Shown here: positions 43,917 through 50,654 of the stretch, piece by piece
Layout of the letters: the number at the start of each line of letters is the position of its first letter
Numbering within the stretch: position 1 is the stretch's first letter
Source of the DNA: a virus
Lineage: Duplodnaviria > Caudoviricetes
IMG/VR virus record: IMGVR_UViG_3300006169_000158
Span: 1 to 50,654 of that record
DNA: 50,654 nucleotides
Strand: one strand, 5' to 3'
Translations under genes and position numbers: made by a program
Notes under the pieces: generated by a model
Told to the model about the DNA's origin: nothing
Database searches by the model: none
The model's input: only the letters and a program-made list of their open reading frames with translations

Positions 43917-43958
43917 GGTAGTTAGAGGATGACTCTCGTCGCCTTCATGTCAAGGGTT
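43917..43958 (-). promoter_or_regulatory. Class-2 promoter
   Basis: AACCC TTGACA-16-CATCCT CTAACTACC. Confidence 0.7.
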
Positions 43959-43980
43959 CCGACAGGTTTCGGACATGAGG

Positions 43981-44012
43981 AAGCCCCCGAGCGATGGAGG
44001 TCTCGGGGGCTT
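43981..44012 (-). terminator. Hairpin terminator ending the modification operon
   Basis: AAGCCCCCGAG..CTCGGGGGCTT. Confidence 0.65.
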
Positions 44013-44039
44013 CCGGTCTACTTGGTCGGCAGTCCGACT

Positions 44040-44768
44040 CTACATGTCCTTGGGCCAGTCCATCCGCTGCATGAACTGCTCGTCCACCATGACCTTGTTC
44101 TCGACGCACCAGTCGATGAACGCCTTGATCCGGTGCCATGCGGACGGAGCCGTCAACTGGACCATGACGTGCTCCCGGCCACCGTACGAGAAGAACATTG
44201 CGTGGAACTTCACCGTCGAGCCGTAGTCGGTGAACAGGCGGTTGAGCACGAGTGAGAGGTCGTCGACCGTCTTCAACTCGTTGCGCACCTCCTCCAACTT
44301 GTCCTGCATCTCGGGCGGCAGCGCCTTCTTGGCGTCGAGGTACACCTTGTTGAACGCATCCCCCTTGGTGAACGCCATCTCCCGGCGAAGCACCTCGGCG
44401 TCGTACTTCTGCGCCAACTTGTTGAACAGAGCGGTGAACTTCTCCGGGTTCAACTCACCGTGCAGGACGTTCTGCTTGACGACCTGAATCTCCTGTCGGT
44501 CCCGGTCGAACACCACCGGGTCGACCACGATCGCCGGTACCTCATCCATGCCGAGGACGAGCGCCGCCTTCTTGCGGTGGTGGCCACCGATCAGTCGATA
44601 CGTCCCGTCGGGGTCCGGTCCGGCAACCTGAATCGGGACCAGCCAGCCCGACTCCGCGATCTCCTCCACCAAGGCCGAGAACATGTCGTCGGACATCTCG
44701 TTCGGATTGTCCTCGTACTCCACCACCGTGTCGAGACTGATCATCTCGGTGGGCCACATCTCAGTCAT
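44040..44768 (-). CDS. ParB N-terminal (ParB/Srx) domain protein
   Basis: NPNEM..L..EI..SG..PI.V..YRLIGGHHR.KAA..LG..EVP. Confidence 0.85.
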   Translation of the reverse strand: MTEMWPTEMISLDTVVEYEDNPNEMSDDMFSALVEEIAESGWLVPIQVAGPDPDGTYRLIGGHHRKKAALVLGMDEVPAIVVDPVVFDRDRQEIQVVKQNVLHGELNPEKFTALFNKLAQKYDAEVLRREMAFTKGDAFNKVYLDAKKALPPEMQDKLEEVRNELKTVDDLSLVLNRLFTDYGSTVKFHAMFFSYGGREHVMVQLTAPSAWHRIKAFIDWCVENKVMVDEQFMQRMDWPKDM

Positions 44769-44794
44769 GCGCCATCTCTCCTCTGGCCTCAGCG

Positions 44795-45616
44795 TCAGCG
44801 CCGAGTCTCCTTGTAGTAGTCCACCGTCTCGTTGAAGCGGTCGATCTCGAACTCAGGCGTGTGCCACAACTTCTCCCAGCCCTCACCGCTGGCCACGATC
44901 TTCGCCTCGTGCTCACCGAGTCGCATGGGAAGGTAGTCGACGCCAGCCGTCGAGCCAGTGCGCTCGATGACGAGGTTGGCCACCTCCCTCACAGACATGG
45001 CCTTGCGCGTACCTGCGTCGAATACGTCGTCGTTGCCATGCTCCAAGGCATTGACGAGGATCTTCGCCACGTCATCCACGTGCACCATGTCAACGGTCTG
45101 GGTGCCGTCACCCCAGATCGGGATCGGCTGGTTGCGCCACGCCTTGGTGGCGAACGTCGGGACGATCTTCTGGACGCCATACACCTTCTGACCGGGGCCG
45201 AAGACGTTGAACGCCCGGACGTGCGATACGGGCAAGCCGTAGTGGCGATGCCAAGCAGATGCCAGCGTCTTGGCGCACCCCTTCGTTGCTTGGTACACGT
45301 TGTCCCAGACCTGAGGCATCGTGATGCCGACGTAGTGCGCCTCATTGCTCCGTGCGGCGAGCAGGACGTTCAGCGTGCCATTGACGTTCACATCCACGGC
45401 TCCATACGGGTCGTCGAACAGTTCCGCCGTTCCCAGAACCCCAGCCAGATGGATCACGGCAGAACACCCGCGCATCTGGTTGAAGACGTCATTCGAGTTC
45501 TCGACAGTGTCGCCGTGCTGCCGGTCGAACGGAACGACCTTGTGGCCATCCTTCTTCAGTTCCCTGCTGACCGCCGAGCCGATGAAGCCTGCCGATCCCG
45601 TCACCATCACTCGCAT
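44795..45616 (-). CDS. NAD-dependent sugar epimerase/dehydratase (extended SDR)
   Basis: VTGSAGFIG, VIHLAG, VNVNGT.NVL, YQATK, R.FNVFGPGQ, IWGDG.QT.D.VHV.D. Confidence 0.92.
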   Translation of the reverse strand: MRVMVTGSAGFIGSAVSRELKKDGHKVVPFDRQHGDTVENSNDVFNQMRGCSAVIHLAGVLGTAELFDDPYGAVDVNVNGTLNVLLAARSNEAHYVGITMPQVWDNVYQATKGCAKTLASAWHRHYGLPVSHVRAFNVFGPGQKVYGVQKIVPTFATKAWRNQPIPIWGDGTQTVDMVHVDDVAKILVNALEHGNDDVFDAGTRKAMSVREVANLVIERTGSTAGVDYLPMRLGEHEAKIVASGEGWEKLWHTPEFEIDRFNETVDYYKETRR

Positions 45617-46350
45617 ACGAGCCTCCAAAACTCCGTGTCTGCTGCCTCTATCCGCTTCCGCAACTGCGGTACGGGCTCATCGAACCATCCGACGTTTTCG
45701 TTGACCACCAGTTCACATCCCGACAACTGCGCCTCCATGACGGACCGAGGTCCGGCATCGAAGATCTCCGACAAGAGGACGAACCTCCTGTGGATCGCCA
45801 TCATGTTCAGCACCTGCATACGCGGAGCATCGGTCAGGATCGTCAGGTCGGCATCGTTCTTCTGCGCCCAGTCCTTTGCCAGTTCCAGTCCCTTGTGCCA
45901 AACGTCTCGGTGAGACCAGAGAGCGTCCATCGACTTGCCCAAGTTGACGCATTCGGTCGTGTCGAACCATCCGGGGTTCATGGCGAACCGGGCATTCGGC
46001 AGCCAGCGACGTTCGATCTCCTCGTGCTGGGGCGTGAGAGTCACGACGTACGACGACCCTTCGTACAGCCACCTCAGCAACGCCATAGGCTCCTGCTGAT
46101 GATGCAGCCACGACACGGGTGACATGGCGATCAGTCGTTCGATGCTTTCGATGTCCAGTCCGACCATTCCCGAGATCACGACCCGGTCGTACGACTCCAA
46201 GTCGTCCGGCAAGTTCTGTGGATGCATGACGGTGACGTTCACTCCGACCGGAGCCCGTCGAATCATGGCTTCATCAGCCATCTCAGCCCCACCGATGTAG
46301 CCCGTGAACAGCGAGGTGTGCGTGACCCAAGCGACCTTCGCCTTAGGCAT
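45607..46350 (-). CDS. Glycosyltransferase (GT-B/GT4-like, short)
   Basis: GGAE near the N-terminus, HKGL, D.GPRSVMEA..GC. Confidence 0.7.
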   Translation of the reverse strand: MPKAKVAWVTHTSLFTGYIGGAEMADEAMIRRAPVGVNVTVMHPQNLPDDLESYDRVVISGMVGLDIESIERLIAMSPVSWLHHQQEPMALLRWLYEGSSYVVTLTPQHEEIERRWLPNARFAMNPGWFDTTECVNLGKSMDALWSHRDVWHKGLELAKDWAQKNDADLTILTDAPRMQVLNMMAIHRRFVLLSEIFDAGPRSVMEAQLSGCELVVNENVGWFDEPVPQLRKRIEAADTEFWRLVCE

Positions 46351-47437
46351 GGGCACCATCCCAGTTCGCTACTTCGGGTTTGACGCACTGGTTTCCAAGT
46401 ACGGCCTTGCAGACCGCCGCGATCCTCTCCGCAGCCTTACCGTCCCCGTACGGATTCGGTGCCTGTGCCATGGCGTCCCACTCCGACTGGTCGCTCATGA
46501 TCCACTTGGCCCAGCCGACGATCTTGTTCCTGTCACGATCAACGAGGCGTGCACCACCAGCCGCTATGCCTTCCGGACGCTCCGTCTCCGCCCTCATCAC
46601 GAGGCAGGGGACGTCGAGTGCCAGCGCCTCCTCCTGCAAGCCTCCCGAGTCGGTGAGGAGCATGCGCGAGTTCCGAACAAGGTTCACCATCTCGTCGTAG
46701 GGCAGCGGTTCGATCAACTCGACGTTCCGAATGTTCTTCATGTACTTCGGGACGACGTCACGGACGATCGGGTTCGGGTGCACCGGCCAGACGATGTAGT
46801 CGAACACCCGGTCCTGCGCCAACTGCTTGACGGCCTGACAGATGTTCCGGACCGACAAGGCATTCTCCCTACGATGCAGCGTCACGACGGCATACGACCC
46901 CTTGCGCGGCCTCGTCCGCTTCACCATCGCCAGTGCATCGATCCCCGTGTTACCGGTGACGTAGACGTTGCCTGACAGCGTCGTGGCAGCCTGCGCCGTC
47001 GGGGCGAACTTGTAGTCAGCCACCGCGTCGATCCAGACCCTGCTCGCCTCCTCAGGGAACGGCGACATCACATCCCACGAGCGCAGTCCTGCTTCAACAT
47101 GTCCTACCTTGACTCCGCCGAGGAACGCCTGCTGTGCACCGACAGCCGCCGAGAGCGTGTCACCCTGAACGATCACCATCTGAGGGTTCAGGTCGTCCAA
47201 CGCCTCCTGCATGACATTCGCCAGCAGGGCGTTCAACTCCGTCAGCGTGCCCTTGGGTCGAGTGAGCGTGTACTCGTACTCAGGGATCATGTCGAAGACG
47301 CCGAACGTGGGTCGAGCGAGGTCGGCCTGCTGGCCGGTAAACAACCACTCGGGCTCCAACCGCGCCTTGCGGAGGGCGGCGTACACAGGAGCCAACTTGA
47401 TGATCTCCGGACGAGTCCCTGCGACTACGAGGATCAT
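46343..47437 (-). CDS. wecB: UDP-N-acetylglucosamine 2-epimerase (non-hydrolysing)
   Basis: GTRPE.IKLAP, QGDT, HVEAGLRS, PFPEE, VTGNTGIDAL, TLHRREN, HPNP, TDSGGLQEEA, ERPEG, NPYGDG.A. Confidence 0.95.
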   Translation of the reverse strand: MILVVAGTRPEIIKLAPVYAALRKARLEPEWLFTGQQADLARPTFGVFDMIPEYEYTLTRPKGTLTELNALLANVMQEALDDLNPQMVIVQGDTLSAAVGAQQAFLGGVKVGHVEAGLRSWDVMSPFPEEASRVWIDAVADYKFAPTAQAATTLSGNVYVTGNTGIDALAMVKRTRPRKGSYAVVTLHRRENALSVRNICQAVKQLAQDRVFDYIVWPVHPNPIVRDVVPKYMKNIRNVELIEPLPYDEMVNLVRNSRMLLTDSGGLQEEALALDVPCLVMRAETERPEGIAAGGARLVDRDRNKIVGWAKWIMSDQSEWDAMAQAPNPYGDGKAAERIAAVCKAVLGNQCVKPEVANWDGAHA

Positions 47438-48909
47438 GACGTCACCTCTTCCTCTTCGGGCGCTGCCTCCTCAATGGTCTCAGCCTCCCAGTTCGCAGGC
47501 TTGATGACTTCCCATTCGATCGGCAACTTCCTCATCCGAGTCTCGGGGCTGTTGTGCAGATCCTCTGCGATGCCCTCGTTCATCAACCATCGACGGACAG
47601 CCCACTTGGTCGTCTGACCTCGGCGCGGGTCTTCCTTCATGGCCCGCGACTCTTCCGTCATCTGGCGATAGAGCGCCTCGATCGTGAACTCCTCCGGCAT
47701 GGACTGAAGCGCCTGAAGCGTCAGTTCGCGGTTGCTCGTGGACATCAAGCCCCGGACGTACTCCGACCCCAACTCCCGGTCCGTGACCGCCTTGTAGTGC
47801 TGCCAGTGCTCCTCGTTCGTCCGCTGCATGTCGTACTGCTCGCGGACCCAGTCACCGAGCCATGCGATCTTCTTGACCGCTTCGTCGTAGTTCTCGTGGA
47901 CCCAGCGAAGCATGACGCGGGCTTCCTCGAAGTTGTTGTACAGGAACGGGTACTCGTCGAACTTCTCCTTGAACATGCCCTGCGTCCAGTGCGTGCGGGG
48001 GGCGATCAGCACCGTGCCGTACTTCGTCAGGTACATCATCTCGGCGAACCCGACCGAGAACCCCTCATGAGCCGACGTGTTGAGGAAGACGTGCGCCCGA
48101 GCGGCCCGAGCCTTGAACTCGTCACTGGGCGTCTGGACGAGCACCTTGATCTCCGGGTACTCCTTCTTCACCATGTCGAGAATCCAGCCCTCATCCTTAG
48201 GGCTGCACACCACGATGTCGACGTCACGCCCGAACCGGAAGAAGTCGTCGTACTCCCGAAGCATGATGTCTGCCCTCTTGGACCCCTTGTTGAGACGACC
48301 ACCGAAGAAGCACGTGAACTTCTCCTCCTTGGTCGTGTCCTGACCAGCGAGGACGGCGTCGGTGCGGTCGGGGTTGAATCCGCACGGGATCACGACGCTC
48401 TTCTCGATCGCCTTCAGCGTCTGCGCTCCGGACAGGTAGCGGCGGGCTGCGCTCATCGCGTTCTTCTTCTGGATCTCCGTGTCGAACACCGGGTAGCCGT
48501 AGGCGTAGCCGAGAGTCTGCGCCATCATCTCGATCTCGCTGACCTGCGACGGCGTCAGGTTGCGCTCCACGACCATGGACTCGTCGATGAAGATGGGCAG
48601 CGACGTCTTCATGCGGTGGTCCCACAACTCTCGGGCCATCCCGATCGTCAAAGCCCGTCGCGACGTGACGAGGCCGTCGATCTGGTAGCGACCGATACGC
48701 AGGTTGAACGTGTCGAGGAACGTGCCGGGCAAGTCGGTCAACTTGTCGTAGTACAGCCCCAACTTGTCGATCCACAGGACCGAACAGCGCGGCCATTCCT
48801 CGATGATCCCCTCCCACCCTTGGTCCTTGCAGTCTTCCGGCAGGATGAAGTACACCCATGTGTCTTCGTGCTCGTGGACCCACTGCTTGATCTGGGCGGT
48901 GAACATCAC
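47434..48909 (-). CDS. Glycosyltransferase GT-B/GT4-like (main frame; the first ~18 aa appear to be encoded in another frame upstream)
   Basis: VIPCG, FGGRL...K, A.VFLNTS.HEGFSVGFAE. Confidence 0.8.
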   Translation of the reverse strand: MMFTAQIKQWVHEHEDTWVYFILPEDCKDQGWEGIIEEWPRCSVLWIDKLGLYYDKLTDLPGTFLDTFNLRIGRYQIDGLVTSRRALTIGMARELWDHRMKTSLPIFIDESMVVERNLTPSQVSEIEMMAQTLGYAYGYPVFDTEIQKKNAMSAARRYLSGAQTLKAIEKSVVIPCGFNPDRTDAVLAGQDTTKEEKFTCFFGGRLNKGSKRADIMLREYDDFFRFGRDVDIVVCSPKDEGWILDMVKKEYPEIKVLVQTPSDEFKARAARAHVFLNTSAHEGFSVGFAEMMYLTKYGTVLIAPRTHWTQGMFKEKFDEYPFLYNNFEEARVMLRWVHENYDEAVKKIAWLGDWVREQYDMQRTNEEHWQHYKAVTDRELGSEYVRGLMSTSNRELTLQALQSMPEEFTIEALYRQMTEESRAMKEDPRRGQTTKWAVRRWLMNEGIAEDLHNSPETRMRKLPIEWEVIKPANWEAETIEEAAPEEEEVTS

Positions 48910-48926
48910 AATCTCGGATGCTCACG

Positions 48927-48983
48927 CTAAGACTCGCCCTTCAAGTGGCGGAAACTTGTTATCGGAAGGACGGCTAGACGCAT
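48927..48983 (-). CDS. 18-codon ORF MRLAVLPITSFRHLKGES, probable true N-terminus of the glycosyltransferase
   Basis: AGGAGG RBS, ATG 48983, TAG at 48929-48927; resembles a GT-B first beta-strand. Confidence 0.6.
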   Translation of the reverse strand: MRLAVLPITSFRHLKGES

Positions 48984-48993
48984 GGCTCACCTC

Positions 48994-49431
48994 CTATCTC
49001 GTGAAGTGACGATGCATCGTCTTCTTCACGAACTCGGGGTCGACCTGCCATGCAGCCCGACCCTTTTTCATCATGTCCCGCACGTTGTCAGTCCTGCTGC
49101 CCCACCACAGATGATCCGGGCGTACGCACGGCGGGTTGTCGCACGTGTGGCAAGCATCGTTCTTCTCTGGGACTACTCCGGTCGCCATCCACAAGGCGAC
49201 CCTCCCGGCCATCCAGAGCCTTCCGTTCCAGTACACCTGCGGACGGCCATAAGCATTCAGTGTTGCCGTCCACATCCAACAGGATTCTTCGTCAAGAACC
49301 CGATCTACCTTCTTCCAGAAGCGGTTAGCCTGCTCGATCGCATGGAACGGCTCCCAACCGTGCTCTTCTACCAAGAGGCGTGCACATGCCATGACGAGGT
49401 CGAGATCCGACTCCGCCATCCACCACGTCAC
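48994..49431 (-). CDS. HNH endonuclease (free-standing)
   Basis: RFW.KV..CW.W....YG, CHTCDNPPCVRPDHL.WG...DN..DM..KGR. Confidence 0.88.
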   Translation of the reverse strand: MTWWMAESDLDLVMACARLLVEEHGWEPFHAIEQANRFWKKVDRVLDEESCWMWTATLNAYGRPQVYWNGRLWMAGRVALWMATGVVPEKNDACHTCDNPPCVRPDHLWWGSRTDNVRDMMKKGRAAWQVDPEFVKKTMHRHFTR

Positions 49432-49805
49432 CCTTCGTTCAACTCCTTCCACACCTCGACCTGCTCGTCCGCAGCCTTGTCGATCCACGAGTCGAACATG
49501 GTGTCTCTCGGCCCCTCGCAGTCCGGGTCCGTGCATTGAGCCTCGTGGGTCTCGTTCGCCAAGCACAGTGGGCAACCGTCGTGCTGCATTACTGCGATCG
49601 GATTGCTTGCGATAGCCATGAGGTTGTTCACGATCGCCCAGTGCGCGTTCATCAGCGGATCGAACGTGTCAATACTTCGTTCACCCTCCAACTCCCGAGC
49701 CATGTTGGACGCTGCCTTCTCGCCGCTGTCGGGAACGAGTGAGGCAAGACCCCGTTCTTCAATCGCCTTGCGGAGACGATCCCAGTGGTCTGTACAGAAG
49801 TGCAT
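49428..49805 (-). CDS. Hypothetical Cys/His protein
   Basis: FC..HW..LR.AI, FDPLM.AH, CPLC; AAAGG RBS. Confidence 0.7.
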   Translation of the reverse strand: MHFCTDHWDRLRKAIEERGLASLVPDSGEKAASNMARELEGERSIDTFDPLMNAHWAIVNNLMAIASNPIAVMQHDGCPLCLANETHEAQCTDPDCEGPRDTMFDSWIDKAADEQVEVWKELNEG

Positions 49806-49820
49806 GATGCTGCCTTTCGG

Positions 49821-50090
49821 TTATCGGAGCCAACGGACGAGCGTGAAGAAGTCGCCCCACTTGCCTTGCCAGCCACAGTGGGCGCATCCGAGCGGCCTGT
49901 CGCGAGCCCGGAGCCAGTGCGGGTTGTAGCAGATCAAGTGCGTGCGCGGCTTGCTTCGATGGCAGTTGGGGCATGCGCCTTGGATCACGATGTCAGCCGG
50001 GTTGCCGCACTGTCGGCCCGACTTCTTGTACTTCACTTCGCACGGGACCTCTGGATCGAAGTCCAGTTCGTCCAGCACGTCGAACAGCAT
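49821..50090 (-). CDS. Cys-rich protein (may start at 50186 and read through the tRNA)
   Basis: PCE..CG.PA..CPNC..CAHC. Confidence 0.6.
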   Translation of the reverse strand: MLFDVLDELDFDPEVPCEVKYKKSGRQCGNPADIVIQGACPNCHRSKPRTHLICYNPHWLRARDRPLGCAHCGWQGKWGDFFTLVRWLR

Positions 50091-50095
50091 TGCGG

Positions 50096-50177
50096 TGCCC
50101 CCGGAGGGGGTCGAACCCTCACGCCTTTCGGCACTTGCTTTTGAGACAAGCGTGTCTGCCTGTTCCACCACGGGGGC
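50096..50177 (-). tRNA. tRNA-Leu(CAA)
   Basis: Acceptor GCCCCCG/CGGGGGC plus discriminator A; D-loop GG; anticodon arm CTTGT-CTCAAAA-GCAAG; long variable arm; GAGGG-TTCGACC-CCCTC; CCA not encoded. Confidence 0.93.
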
Positions 50178-50182
50178 CTTGC

Positions 50183-50461
50183 TCATCGGGACTTGCCGAA
50201 CACTCGGACCAGCGTCGACTTGGCCATGACCGTCGGGGAGATCTTCCCGTCATCGCCAGCCCGGATCTGCAAGTGGATGCTGTCGTAAGCATCCTCGATC
50301 GATCGTACGAGCCCGTGGTCCTGCCAGACGTCCCCGACAACCACTTGCTCGGCACTGATCGTCTGCCATGACTTGCCGTGGCCCGAGACGCTGACGCTCT
50401 GTCGTCGAGGCATGAGCCCCATCGACTTGCCGTTCTCGATGATCTTTTCGACGTCAACCAT
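50183..50461 (-). CDS. Hypothetical protein (MVDVEKII...)
   Basis: AAAGGAG RBS. Confidence 0.65.
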   Translation of the reverse strand: MVDVEKIIENGKSMGLMPRRQSVSVSGHGKSWQTISAEQVVVGDVWQDHGLVRSIEDAYDSIHLQIRAGDDGKISPTVMAKSTLVRVFGKSR

Positions 50462-50654
50462 GCTTCTGCTCCTTTCGAGGGCATGTTTCGACAATCATGC
50501 GAAGCGGCGTCTCTCCTGTTGCTTCCAACTTCTTGACAACGGCCTCGGTCAAGATCGTTGCTCCACGCCAAGGGTCGCCGCTGAATCCGAAGACATGATC
50601 GGTGTAGCGAGCACCAGTGCTGTCGGTAGCCAGACAGACATGTCCGTCAACCAT
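50454..50654 (-). CDS. Hypothetical protein, possibly 5'-truncated by the window edge
   Basis: Open frame to the edge; overlaps the next gene's start. Confidence 0.45.
   Translation of the reverse strand: MVDGHVCLATDSTGARYTDHVFGFSGDPWRGATILTEAVVKKLEATGETPLRMIVETCPRKEQKHG

Noticed and set aside
48927-48929. Genome-wide TAG reassignment
   Set aside because: Readthrough would not restore the GT frame; TAG ends several normal genes; the tRNA anticodon is CAA, not CUA
48994-49431. HNH gene as part of an intron interrupting the glycosyltransferase
   Set aside because: It overlaps the upstream gene's stop and ends at the GT RBS; the GT discontinuity lies downstream of it and spans only ~14-20 nt

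Overview
This is a fragment of a large, GC-rich (roughly two-thirds G+C by eye) tailed phage genome, most likely infecting an actinomycete. Nearly all credible genes are on the minus strand; the long plus-strand ORFs are antisense shadows. In gene direction (right to left) the window has five parts. (1) 50.6-44.0 kb: tRNA-Leu(CAA), an HNH nuclease and a sugar-modification operon (GT-B glycosyltransferase, UDP-GlcNAc 2-epimerase, second glycosyltransferase, NAD-dependent epimerase, ParB-N protein). (2) 43.9-20.6 kb: about 60 mostly small accessory genes (GNAT, YspA/SLOG, minimal PolX, AAA+ ATPase, SPFH, RHH proteins), with six near-identical promoters between 28.9 and 44.0 kb. (3) 20.6-12.4 kb: about 10 self-contained expression cassettes sharing several conserved motifs. 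(4) 11.9-10.8 kb: a 1-kb non-coding zone of patterned composition, possibly the genome terminus or pac region. (5) 10.8-0 kb: membrane genes, TerS, a large terminase split into two genes with six genes between them, portal, scaffold, head decoration protein and the start of the major capsid gene. The strongest novel signals are a probable translational bypass at the start of the large glycosyltransferase, the split TerL with a Cys4 insert, the ManNAc-type glycosylation operon, the cassette array, a ~250-bp GG-free alternating purine/pyrimidine tract, and a tRNA lying in-frame within a coupled ORF. All calls come from reading motifs; no database search was run.
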